DNA of 64,000 nt. Source: Rhizodiscina lignyota (Eukaryota). The stretch spans positions 2,294,001 through 2,358,000 of the forward strand of contig ML978123.1 in the NCBI GenBank assembly GCA_010015805.1. Direction: 5' to 3'. Position numbers and translations under genes: made by a program. The notes below the pieces were generated by a model. The model saw only the letters and a program-made list of their open reading frames with translations, made no database searches and had not been told where the DNA came from. Positions 48,295 to 60,751 of the stretch are shown here, in pieces (the first letter of the stretch is position 1; each line of letters starts with the position of its first letter).

Positions 48295-49059
48295 CTACAC
48301 CATGTCAAGATCAGCATCTTGTCTCCAGATCTGCTTCCTCTCCCTCCTCTTCTTTGCTAGCCCAGGACTCCAAACGCCCGCAAACAAGTCCTCGCACTCG
48401 TCTTCGTCCTGGCTGTCAAACTCGATCTCGTCCTCAGCTCCCTGCCCCTCTCGTGATTTACCTCTTGAATCACCTACTCCGCCAGCCTGTTCGACTTCAT
48501 CGAGTGCAGTATAGCCAGAGTCTGAGAGTCCCGACTCCCAGCACGCGGCGCGACAAACCCTCTTCGTCTCAAGGATGAATTTGCCAACTTTATAGCGTTG
48601 ACTCTCGTCCTCGGCAGCGACGTACTTCCATCCGAGCACCGAATCGCATATCTTGCACCTTATGTCGGCTACGGTGTGCGCGCCAGTGACCAGCTGTCGC
48701 GGTACGGCCTTGTCGAGCGTGGTGTTGGGCAGGTTGCCCACATCCCGCGAATGCCGGATCCACAACCGCTCGGAGGTGCTCGGAGGTGCAACTAAGTAGG
48801 CGCGCCCGTGGCGGCCGGTGAAGCCCTTGCTAATGATGCTGGAGGTTGGGCAGAGATCGGCGAGACAGTGCGCGCATTGGAGATGGGATGACGCGCCGTG
48901 GAGAAATGAGGGGCCGGTGGGAGATGCGGAAGTGGTGGAGGTGACGGTTCCCGTCGAGTCGGCGGAGGACTTACGCCTGCGGAAGGGGACGGAGGGGAGG
49001 AGGTAGGTTGGAAAGAGCAAAGAAGGCGGAGAAGATGAGAGAGGGTTCGTGAAGTGCAT
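48295..49059 (-). CDS. Yippee/Mis18-family zinc-binding protein (Moh1/YPEL-like)
   Basis: CAHC...IISKGFTGRHGRAYL...RQLVTGAHTVADIRCKICDSVLGWKYVAAEDESQRYKVGKFILE. Confidence 0.92.
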   Translation of the reverse strand: MHFTNPLSSSPPSLLFPTYLLPSVPFRRRKSSADSTGTVTSTTSASPTGPSFLHGASSHLQCAHCLADLCPTSSIISKGFTGRHGRAYLVAPPSTSERLWIRHSRDVGNLPNTTLDKAVPRQLVTGAHTVADIRCKICDSVLGWKYVAAEDESQRYKVGKFILETKRVCRAACWESGLSDSGYTALDEVEQAGGVGDSRGKSREGQGAEDEIEFDSQDEDECEDLFAGVWSPGLAKKRRERKQIWRQDADLDMV

Positions 49060-50055
49060 TGGAGCTCCGATGTGGAAGTCGGACGCCCGGAAATGAGACG
49101 AGGGGTGAGGCTATATGCTAGGATGACGGATTGTGGCTTCAACAGGTCAGCTCTGAGAACCAGAGGATGATTGCGGAGTAGAATCTAACATCGTTCGGAC
49201 TTCGATTGCCACCACTTGCGTTCAACTACAGGTACCTGCTCTCGCGTGCCTTGAAGCGCCTCACGATATAACGCGCCTGCCCCGCGTCAGGTCATATGCT
49301 ATCGATAAGGCAGGGGCGGGCTCCACAGAACGCCAAGCGTGCTAATGTCTGTGCTCGCGTGGAGAAGGCGAAGTAAATGTTGGCCGAAAGGAATGGGAAC
49401 CGCAGAAAGAAATGAAGCCCAGGAAATTGACGGAGAGAAGTAACAGTGGAGTGAGGAGGGGCAGTTAATAATACATCATTGCGGGCATGAATGTGAGGTG
49501 GCCGGGGGCAGCTTGAGCACGCGGATCTTCTCGGTTGCCCATCAGTCACAGGGACAGGCCACTCGCTCACCGCTAACCGACTTCGGTCGTCATCCCTACC
49601 TTCAACCCACCACATCACCACTCATCCATCTCCAATTGGACTTGTGACGGCGTGACGGTCTGACAGCGCATTCCTACAGGGTATAACCTTTGAAACTCAT
49701 CGCCGTATTCGGACCGATCTGTCTCCCATTGAGGTTGACATTGGACAAGGCATGAAGCTCCATCGTAACCGCACGACAATGGAGCTCCCATACTCTAGAA
49801 AGAGTCTCTGGGGTTCAAGTAGATGTTTCAAAGGGAAGCCACAGCTTTTTGACTTGGTTCCTGGGCAATGACATTGCTTTGCTGGCCATCGCCACCAGCA
49901 ATGGAAGGCGCCGTCGGTTTCAAGGTAGGGAAGGACAGTCCAGCGTGCTTCTTCCAGCATATCTCATATCCTATTCGTAATTCTAATTTTCTCTCCTTTA
50001 CATGTTCCTCGTCTCTTTCTGTCCTCATTGTTAATTGGCATTCCATCCATTGACA

Positions 50056-53014
50056 ATGCCTTTTGCTGGCAATCGAAAGAGGAAAGGGACTCAGATTCTT
50101 CCCCAGGCTCAAGACAAGATCCGCGCGGTTGAAAGCCCCGTGACCGAACCAGAAACATCAATGCCAGAAGCATTCTATGCACCGAGCTGCGCCGTCACTC
50201 CAGTTCCATTCTACCGCCGAAAGAGTCTTCGTCTACTAAATGCCTTTGGGCTGGGCAGAGGTAAGTTCGTATCCAATATACTGAACAAGATATTGACTTC
50301 TGTTAGCTTACCCTCACGTTCCTGATACTCCTCCCTCTTCTCCACCACTAGGAGAGCAGCCCACGGCCCTATATCAAGTGCAGAGTGCGACCGGAACCGC
50401 TCGAGATGTCACCTCACAAGCTACTATCAGCCTCGTTCCGGCGTCGAGCCCTGATATACAAATCATCACACCACCACGATCTCCGTCTCCAGAGAGAGCT
50501 GTCATGCTAGATGGACAAGCTCGAACTCTTCCTTTGCTCGGCGAGAAGTCTGGAAAATCCGAAATCACGAGGAGTGCTTCATCTTCCAATCTCCTGATTA
50601 CTCGTAACATCAGTTGGCCGTTTGACAATCAAGCTACTATTGTGCATAGGCCAAGTACGAGAGCGGCGGTAATGCCCGGAACTGAGGCATACGTCGGACT
50701 ATATGGCTTACCATCATCAACGCAATCCAGCAGCAAGGCCGCGTCAAGCTCTATACGAAGTCTCCCATCGACTGCAAAGACGACTCCTTTCTCATCTTCT
50801 CTTGACGCCCAGCGTCGACAATCCTTTCCCGTTTCTCCATCTGCAAGTGGGTCAACTAACGGCGAGAGCATCCTATTACCGGCGATTGAAGAAACCTCTG
50901 GAGGTTACGGCTCATGGCCTACTCAGGATGTGCCGCATGATGACATGAGCCCCTCCATCGTTACTGTAGAGACTACTGCAGCCGCACAATCATTCATCGA
51001 GAATCACTTCGATTCTGTTCTGGCGCAGCCATTTACTGCAGAGCGCGCCCAGAGGCGGTACAACTTGGAGAGTCGGCTACGAAAACTCTCGATGGCTAGT
51101 ATAGACCGACACAGACACATGCTGAAATGGCAACAAGCGGAGAGTGATCATCTCCGAGAGGTCAGAGTTGCCAAGTCCAAGTCTCTGAAAAACAAAAGAG
51201 ACCCAAAAATCTCCATTTCCGGATATGAAGTCATCCGTGTCCTTGGTAAAGGAAGCTTCGGGGTGGTGAGACTAGTGCGCGAGAAACACAATACAGGCCA
51301 AGACCATGAGTCTTCCCGGAGCCGGAATCAAAGCCAATCAGTGCTTGATACTCCCGATAATCAAGTCACAAATAATGCCATGGAGGACTACATGGCCTCG
51401 AGGACTAATTTGAGAAGGCAGAAAAGGGCGCTCTACGCCATGAAAGTCATCCGCAAGTCGGAAATGCTGCGAAATAGTCAGGAAGGCCACCTTCGTGCTG
51501 AACGGGACTTCCTTGTCGCCTCCGCATCCTCAGAATGGGTTGTACCTCTCGTGTCCAGCTTCCAAGACCATGCCAACCTGTACCTGGTGATGGAATACAT
51601 GGTCGGCGGTGATTTCCTTGGCCTCTTACTTCGCGAAGATATTCTCGACGAATGTGTCACCGCTTTCTACATCGCAGAGATGGTCCTTTGCATCGAGGAA
51701 ACCCATCGCATGGGATGGATACATCGAGACGTAAAACCGGACAACTTCTTGATCGATGCTGATGGACACTTGAAGATATCCGATTTTGGGCTTAGTTTCG
51801 ATGGCCACTGGAAGCACAATCAAAATTACTTCAGCAGCAAAAGATACGAATTGGCTTCGAGACTGCAAATCGATGTCAAGGGTGATGCATTCGACATTGC
51901 AGAAGAGGCTGCGGAGGACAGCGGAGCTGGCTTTACGGGTGCAATCCAAAGATTCATAGACAAATACGGTTTCGGTAGTCCTTACACCCAGGATGTGCCG
52001 ATTTTGGACCGATTGAACTGGAAGGAAAAGCGGAAATACGCCAAGAGCGTGGTCGGAACCAGCCAATATATGGCTCCAGAGATCATCCGTGGCGACCAAT
52101 ACGACGGGCGTTGCGACTGGTGGAGCATTGGCATCATTCTGTATGAATGCTTGTATGGCAGAACACCCTTCTTCTGTGAGAACCGTGCGGCTACGAAGGA
52201 GAAGATTCTGCAGCACCGAGACGAACTCTACTTTCCGAACCGAGCCCGCTTTGCACGGCCTTGGAGCGATAATATTCTTCTGGGAGAGGTGACTAACCAC
52301 GCGATCGACCTGATCACAGGCCTTCTGCAAGAGAAAGAACATCGAGTCTCCTCGCCAGTCTACATGAACAATGACCTGAATCGTGCGGCCCGACGTTCTC
52401 ACACTCTTCAAGTGCCAACTCGCCGAACCTCAGGGTTGCGCGTCGGGGTTGCTGCCACGAAGTCACCTCCCCAATCACAAGGCTCTGCGCAGACAAAGCA
52501 TGGCCAGTCACAGCTCTCTGAGAACGGGCATTTCGTGTACAAGGACGATGCCGGCGACATCAAGGCGCATCCCTTCTTCCGCATGCACAACATCGACTTC
52601 GCTACCATTCACCGCAAGCGGCCGCACTTCGTACCAATGGTGAAGAGCAACCAGCCCATCACCAAGTACTTTGATGACGAGAAAGACATTTTGAGCGAAG
52701 ACGACAGGTGCATCGAGAGCCTATCGGAGAGCACCAACTCTACCTCTGAGAATGAGGGCAAGGGCAAGGAGATGGAGGCCGGGGTGGCAAAGGAGAAGAA
52801 GGAGAAGAAGAGGCCACGGGACAAGATCCTTCGCGATGATGCGCTGGGTAAGAAGGCGATGGAACTGCGGAAGCAGAAGGCTTTCTTGGGCTATACGTAT
52901 CGGAAGCCGCCTGTTTGTACACACCGCCGTGGCGACGAAGACGCGGTGGAGGATTTCAGAGTAGGGAAGCGGCGGAATCGGCCTATTCTTGAGGCTACGC
53001 CACGCGAGGGGTAG
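50056..53014 (+). CDS. NDR/LATS-family (Cbk1/COT-1-related) Ser/Thr kinase
   Basis: LGKGSFGVV, YAMKVIRK, HLRAERDFL, IHRDVKPDN, SDFGL, SVVGTSQYMAPE, CDWWSIG, hydrophobic motif AFLGYTY. First exon joined by intron 50261-50306; start uncertain (50056 or 50161). Confidence 0.9.
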
Positions 53015-53454
53015 AGTGTTCTGTCGTTTAGACGTGCTGTGGCATTGGCATGAGGAGTCGTTGATGGCACGGATGCATCAGTTTGAGACGAGGCAGCAGT
53101 ATTCATAAAATTGTGGGGAGCAAACGAATTCAAGATTGTTTGAAAGGGAAACTTTTATAGTACACGCAACTGAGCATTTTCCACCTTTGAAAGAGATTGC
53201 CTCCAATTGAAGATTCGAGTGAGCAGTGAATCCGAGGAAAGGAAAATGCACGATGGCCGCCGCCAGTACGCCATACCCCATACTGCGGTCATGCTCAGTC
53301 CTTGCACGATGTCCTGAGTGCAGAAGGTGGATGCGGTTCGGTTGCAGGAAGCAAAAGGTATGACCAGAAAGTGAAAAGCCAAGCCGAAGGGCAAGTCGAA
53401 AGAAGAGAATGCGACGAGCAAAGCGCCGTAATGCAGCGATGACCACAATCCGGT

Positions 53455-56400
53455 TCAGTAAGGGCGCCATCCACGGTTGCCACCTCGTCCACCGCCGCGA
53501 TAGTTCGCTCCAGGGCGACCAGCGTTCTTCGGACCTGTTGGGGCATTCGCAGGAGCGTTGCTTGGTTGCGGACTCTGACTATGTCCACCACTGCCAGCAC
53601 TACCACCACCCCTCTGCCTGTTCTGCCACTTGCCGCCACCACCATGTCCACCATGTCCGCCGTGATAACCACCTCGTCCACCACCACCGGCACCACCTCC
53701 AGGGCCTTGAGGCGCCATGTTAGGCGCCATGTTAGGCGCCGGGACGTCATCGTACATGCCCTCCCACGCAGAAACACCACCGCCGCCGTAGTTCTGGGCG
53801 TACTGCTGGTTCTGCTGTATACGCTGGGCCTGCTGGCGCTCGTACTTCTGCTGCTCGAATGCAAGTTGCTCGTTAGCCGTGAAGCCCGCACGATTCACCG
53901 CAGCGGCACCAGGACCACCTGGTGGCGAGAATTGGTTGCCGTTAGGGGGACTCGGGCCACTCTGGTAGTCTTGCTGGTAGTCTTGCTGAAAGTCTTGCTG
54001 GTTGCCAGGCTGCTGCATCTGCATCTGCATCTGCTGCGCTTGCGCTTGCGCCATCTGCTGCATCATCGCCGGATTCATGCCCTGGTTGTTCGGGCCAGGA
54101 GACTGAGGATTGGGTGTGCCGGTTGGTGATATGCCTTGGTTGCCACGTTGCTGCATGGCCATCATCTGCTGCATCATTGCCGGGTTCATCTGCCCGCCCA
54201 TTGCTGCCATTGGGTTCATCTGCTGTGGGCCCTGGTTCATGGTGGCCATCGACTGCTGCATCATCGCGAAGTACTGCTGCATGCGCTGCCAGTATTGAGC
54301 CATCATCGCGGGACTCATGCCAGCTTGCATCCCGTTCTGGCCTTGACTCTGCTGATTCTCGAAGCCCTGATTGCCTTGCTGGTTGTTGTCTTGGCCGGCA
54401 CGACCGAACTTGTCACCTCGACGGCCGAACTTGTTGCCACGATCGTCGTCATGCATGTTTCCACGTGGCTGAGCACGCTTGACTTCAATGGGTTTGCCAT
54501 GAATCTCAAGAGGGCCAGCAAGGGTACGGTCTACAGCCTCATCGCCATCAAATGTCACAAATCCAAATCCGCGGGGCCGACCGGTATCCTTGTCCATCAT
54601 TAACGTTGCATCAATGACACGGCCAAACTGCATAAAAAATTCTTTGAAATCTTTCTCGGTCGCTTCTTGACTTACACCACCTACAAAGATCTTGCTGGTA
54701 CGTTCTTGCTCTTCGCGAGGGATAGCACGCTTTGGATCGATCTATGGACCCAATTAGCACGGAACTAATGTCTCATGGCCATGAAATGGAGCATTGACGC
54801 ACGATTTTTCCATCGAGATAATGTTCCTTGACCATAACAGTGTTGACGGTCTTTGGATCCTTGAAGGTGAGAAAGCCGAAGCCTCTGGAGCGACCTGTAG
54901 CACCATCGCGCATCACCGTGCATTCAAGCACCTCGCCGAATTCCGAGAAGTAATCCTTAAGCGATTCTGCAGCTGTAAGTCATTTTATATGGGAAAAGTC
55001 TTGTACGTGAAACTTACGGTCCGTCGTCTCCCAGTTGAGACCGCCAATGAACATTTTCCTGGAACATTTTTAATGTTAGTAAGAGCACAGGAGATGGAGC
55101 AAATCCTCAAAGGAAAAAAAGGACGAGTGAGAAGAGCAGAGCAGCGCAGTCGTGTACGGGATCCGAAGAGCATTGGCAAGCATGTCGTCCGATATTAAGA
55201 TTGGTGGTATCCAGCAATGGGCGACATGCCAAGACTTTCCTCCAGGAACCTCCGGAAATCTCCAGCAAATGGATTTGGCGAGAAGTATGGGAGCGGCGCG
55301 TGCATGTCTCTTTGCACTGACAGCATCAAGCCACCTGACGAGTCCATTATGCCAGAGACACGATCAGCTCTACCAGCAATGTGTACCGCTCAAGACGTAG
55401 TGGGCATGCACTCGGATCACTTCAGTCTCCGATGGAGTCTGCAGTGGATTCTGAGCCACACGCATAGCCGCACAGTCGTCCTTCAACAGACGGACAAATG
55501 TCATCCTCCTCAGTAACACATGAATCGGTGGTCGAAGGTTTCGTGTGATTTTTGCTATGAAGTCGAATGCTAGGTACTGCCGCGAATTGCCCAAGCCCTG
55601 CAAAAAAAGCAGACACTTTCTCATGGAGCAATCGCTTTCCCCGACAGGACTAGTTCCCTGGTGCTGTTCTATGAAGATTATCTCGATATGTAGCTATCAG
55701 CTATCGGTAGTAGTACTGAGCGTGTTGTGTTCCTTGGTGTTGATTGGAGTTGAAGATACCGTCGCTGCACATTCTTCTTCCTTCTTCTATGACTCCCATC
55801 GGTTGCTCGAGCTTCCTTTGATATCAGGATCTAACTCGGCTTCCCAGAGCTGTGGCTTCTGCTCCTTCGCCATCAACGTAGAGCTCACGCTTCCCAATGC
55901 ATTTCGATGGCGCCTGAACTCCAGGTTCCAGACCAGCAAGTCCAAACCTCGCGCGCTGACTTCCACATTTCTCTTGACTTGACATGTTGAACTCGCCTTA
56001 AGGGTGGGAGAGTAGCGAGCTTATGGCCAGTCGCTGAGACTGTAGCATAATCTGGAGTCGAACAGTCTTCATGAAAGAAGGCCAATGTTCACAGCGGTAC
56101 ACGCCTAGGCCCACAGTACGGGCACCACCCCAGCCTATCAACCATTTCGCGGGAAGTCGTAGCGTCCGCGAGGAAAGGTAATCCAATTCGATCAGGTGAT
56201 GAAACGTCCATGTTGGCGACTGACAGTGCTCTTCTCAAAGCTCGTAACCCATGGGCAGTTACGTGTGAACGTAACTGGGAATATACAAGTAACAAAGAAC
56301 AATGCATGCTGTACTTACCCATCCTCCTTGATGCCTATCGGGCCATAGTTGTCTTCGGGTTCCTCATATCCTCCCTCATTCTCGTTGCCGCCAAATGACT

Positions 56401-56720
56401 GGTTACCATTTGCTGACGCGTCTGCTTGTCCGTTCGCCATATGCATGTCACTACTAGCAGCGATCACCGGAGCACTCGGCTCATTCTGTAGAGCAGTCTG
56501 AGGCGCTGCCACCGGTTCGGGTGCTGCCACTGGCTCTGGAATAATCACAGGCACGGCATTTGAAGGTGCTGGCTGGGCTGAGCCCTCATCGCCATCGTAC
56601 CTGTTGCGTAAAATACGGTCAGATTCATTGATTCACTTAACGCGTCTCTTCACGCGTTGGGGAAGAAAGGTTGTCTTACAGATCAGCGAAAAGATCTTCA
56701 TCAAGAGTGTCGTCCGCCAT
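53455..56720 (-). CDS. HRP1: Hrp1/Musashi-like two-RRM RNA-binding protein with Q/M/G-rich low-complexity tail
   Basis: MADDTLDEDLFADL|YDG..., IKEDG|KMFIGGLNWETTD (RRM1), GRSRGFGFLTF, KIFVGGVSQE, GRPRGFGFVTF, RGG boxes and terminal RGWRPY (PY-NLS-like); 1260-nt second intron 55059-56318. Confidence 0.9.
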
Positions 56721-57197
56721 TGTGGATGGTAGTTGGAAGAAAGAAGATTGGTGAATGAAAGAGGATGTTGAATGTGGTGCGGAGAGATATCAGCTGGTGT
56801 GACCAGTCAAGCCCAAGCGGGCTCTCCACTCGCGGAAGCGTGCCTGACCACGAAGATGATGGCAGCTAAGCGGATAGCACGTTGACCGTCGAGTGAAATG
56901 CGGAACCCGTGGAGCGAGCAATACGCGTTGGTGTTGAACAGGGTGCAGAGGTGGAGTGAGGAGAAGCTGGCTTTGACGCGACAGCTTGGAAGAAACAGAA
57001 GCGGGCTTGGCACGCTAATGTTCGGCACTTCCCGCAGTGCTGCATTGAGGAGCTTTGGATATGGACATGGCATTTGTCGAAGAAAAGAGGCCGTGCAACG
57101 GTCCTTGAGCCTTCAAAATGAATTCTAAAAAGCAACAGCAGGTATGCATCTCTACGGACTGCTAGTACTTCTGAACGCTAACAGCATGCAGCAGGAA

Positions 57198-59232
57198 ATG
57201 GTCCAGGTCGGTTCGTAGGGCTTATTGTCACCACCAGCACACTGTATACTGCATGCTAACTGGCGCTCGTTGGTGCTCGTTAGATCGTTCAGGGTTCGTG
57301 CCAGATAGCCATTAAATTTACAATCTACTGATTGCTTTTGCTCAGATCAGGCTCGCCGTTTTGGCGCTCGAACTCCTCCAATTCCTCGAAGACGCCGGAG
57401 CCAAAGAAGGTTGTTGGCGCATCTTACTCTCATACCGATATATTAAAGTTTGATTCGCTGTGAGAATAGCGCTGAGTGTATGAAATATACCTTCGCTGAC
57501 CTATGGGCAGATCTCTTTCTGGGAGCTCCCGCCCCCATACACCACCGTCGTCATCCCACCGCGAGTCGAATACCCCTCCAGCCTCTATTCGCACCAATGT
57601 CTCTCCACCCCCTCCAAGGCGAACATATACTGGCTTCATGCGCGATACAAATCCACAGTGGAGTGCAGGAACCATAAATGATGACGAGGAGGATGAAGAG
57701 GAGCTTACCTTTGATGATGATGAGGACGAGTTTGGCCTCCCCAGTATAGCCAGCATGAGACGAAAGGGCAAAAGACAGCCCGACCGAAAAGGCAAAGATC
57801 CTGGAGGCACAGGCCCGGGGTCACGCAATGGAGCATCTGGTATTCCTGCGCAGGCGATATGGAAAGTAGATACCGGCGATATCTCCGAAGAGCGAGGAAT
57901 ACCCACGTACCCTCAACCTAAGAAGATGGAGGGGAAGATTCTACGACCGCAATACAAAGAGATTCTACGGGACCCAGCAAACTCGATACACCTTATCGCC
58001 TATCCTGTAGCGCCTTCCAGCGCTCCACCTAAGGAGATGGAGGCGCACTCGACACGAGTGTCTCGTATCAACAAGTTCAAGCGCATCCTACAGAACAACA
58101 ATGTCTCGCTGGCCGAGCTTCGCGACTCAGCATGGTCTGGTATCCCGGAAGAAGTTCGTGCTGTGTCCTGGCAGATACTGCTTGGCTACCTGCCCACTAG
58201 TGCCGAGCGTCGTGTAGCCACGCTTGAGCGAAAGAGAAAGGAATATCTAGAAGGTGTGCGGCAGGCGTTCGAGCGCGGTACTGCAGGTAACGAGACACAA
58301 GTTGTGACAGGAGTTGGTGGTACGTCCACACCACCCACTACAAAGACAGGGCGCGGCAGAGGCCTGGATGAGGCAATATGGCACCAGATAAGCATCGACG
58401 TCCCCAGGACCAACCCTCATCTCGAACTCTATAGCTACGAAGCTACGCAGCGCAGTTTAGAACGGATACTGTACGTGTGGGCCATCCGACATCCTGCAAG
58501 CGGCTATGTGCAAGGCATCAATGACTTGGTTACCCCGTTTTGGCAAGTCTTCCTCTCCTCGTACATCTCTTCCTCGGATATAGAGTCCGGAATGGACCCG
58601 GGACAGCTTCCACGCCCTGTTCTGGATGCTGTTGAGGCGGACAGTTTTTGGTGCCTGACAAAACTACTTGATGGCATCCAAGACAATTACATTTTCGCAC
58701 AGCCGGGCATTCAACGCCAAGTTGCAGGACTGAGAGACCTCGTTACTCGAATAGACAAGAATTTGGCAAGTCACTTGGAGAAGGAAGGGGTCGAATTCAT
58801 TCAATTTAGCTTCCGATGGATGAACTGCCTCCTCATGCGAGAAATAAGCGTCAAGAACACAATTAGAATGTGGGACACATATCTCGTGAGTGGACCTTGT
58901 CTCGTTACATCCTCTTCATGTCTGCTAAGTGATAAAATACTAATCCTTCATCACAGGCCGAAGATAGAGGGTTCTCCTCATTCCACCTCTACGTCTGCGC
59001 TGCATTCCTCGTCAAGTGGTCGGACAAGCTGCTGCAAATGGACTTTCAAGAGATAATGATGTTTCTTCAGGCGCTTCCCACCCGTGACTGGACAGAAAAA
59101 GATATTGAGCTGCTGCTCAGTGAAGCCTTTATCTGGCAAAGCCTTTTCGGCGGTAGTAGTGCACATCTGAAGGGTCAAGGCCAGAGCGGCCAAGGTCCCG
59201 GAGGTGGCTCACTCACACTGGGATATGGATGA
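57198..59232 (+). CDS. GYP1: TBC-domain Rab/Ypt1 GTPase-activating protein
   Basis: WSGIPEEVRAVSWQILLGYLP, IxxDxxR (ISIDVPRT), YxQ (GYVQGINDLVTPF), EADSFWCL, FSFRWMNCLLMRE, RMWDTYL. 5' exons 57198-57210, 57284-57293, 57346-57447, then 57511 onward; alternative start at 57118. Confidence 0.93.
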
Positions 59233-59381
59233 TATGAGTAAAGCTTTTACAGAACCATTAGATGCAATACCAATGCTGCAGTTGCTGGGTATCTCTGCGT
59301 ACCTGGCCCGGGCTGCGTCTGCACTAAGTCTCCGGCTCAAGGTACCACTAAACATGTCAAGATGCTTCATCTTCCATTAGC

Positions 59382-60751
59382 TCACGCCAAGCTCGGTTCA
59401 TTCAAAGCCCTCGCTGTGTCAAACGTCAAATCTACTAAGCCCTCTCGTGGCTAAAATATATCAGAAAGTGAGCAATGCAGCATAAGCGGATTGTTTACGT
59501 ACTGGAGAGTATTGTCTTAGTTTAACATTCGCCTCTCTGAGAATAGCCGCAGTCTGCCAAATGTCAGCGCTGCAGACCTTGAAACGCCGATACCAGAAAG
59601 CCAAACTTGCCGTTGTGTCAACATTGTATCCTGTGGCATAGACGACTTCGCTTATGCCAACTTGAGCGATCTTGACGCTGCACGTCAAGCACGGACAGCT
59701 AAATTTGATCAGCAGAGAAGTGGAAGGTATGAGAGAGCCTCACGTGTTGCAGTAAAGGATAGAGCCATCTCGAATACGCTCTCTTCCTGCTTCGAGTAGC
59801 GCATTCTCTTCAGCATGAAGGCAAAGACAAGTGTCTAAACTTGTACCCGCATGTTCGCCTGCATTACATCGAGGACCTTTCCTTCATCAGCGTCATATGC
59901 GGCAAATTTGAAGAAAGAAGATCGTACATCCGCCACTATTGCAATTTACCACGCCACGAGGCGTACCATTGTACCCGGTACTAATGACTCGCTTCTCGCG
60001 TACCAGCACACATCCAACTCTTCTCTTCATGCAATTACTCCTTTGGGCAGCAAGAGAAGCGAGCTGCATGAAATACTGGTCCCAGCTGGGGCGGAGCCTC
60101 TCTTCGTTGGTGAGGTCCAATGATCTGAGTGACGCTCGCATGGCTGCTAGAGAATTCGAAGAGTTAAGTAATCGAAGCTGGGCACGATGAAGAAGTGGTG
60201 CCAGTCCAGTAATTGGCAAGTAGAGATGCTCGTCGTTCCGCAAGACGAAGTCGCTCAATTCAGGGGGTGTGAGAGCGTTTTTCGCACACCTAATGTTCAT
60301 TAGTTCCCTTAGACACAGCGTAGCCCCAGTCACATCTTGTTACCTTGCTTTGAAGCGTTCCCATCTGACCGTGACCGGTGCATCGACACTCACTAGAATG
60401 AAAAACGGTCTTCGAAGCAGGACCTCTAGCACGCTCTCATCCCGAATGTCTGTCGTTACCCAGCGCTCCCTCCAGCGTTTGGTGACAAAATCTAAAAGAG
60501 TCTCTACGTCCTCGAAATGGACACCATCCTCAATGGAAGGTTCTTCGTCGTCAGGTACGTGAATTTCAGATGCGGACTTCTCAACTGATGGCGTCGGTAT
60601 CGTTCGCGCCAGCACGACGCGTTTGAAGCCATGCTCCTCGATGAGGTACGAGGCCACGGACGACTTTCCCGCGCAAATTCCTAGTTTATGTTAGCAGAAA
60701 TCACATATGCTTGTTCAAAGAATTCTAACCACCGCATATGCCAATGAGCAT
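59382..60751 (-). CDS. DCD1: dCMP deaminase with N-terminal P-loop-like extension, multi-exon
   Basis: RPSWDQYFMQLA...RSNCMKRRVGC...TGYNGTP, CLHAEENALLEAG and CPCLTC zinc motifs; N-terminus MLIGICG|GICAGKSSVA; one GC-AG intron at 59554-59610. Confidence 0.94.

Noticed and set aside
53700..54060. Tandem repeats (GGCGCCATGTTA x2, TCTTGCTGGTAG-like, CTGCAT x3) as a CRISPR or satellite array
   Set aside because: They encode APNM, QQDY and QM repeats in the Hrp1 low-complexity tail; no spacers, and the context is eukaryotic.
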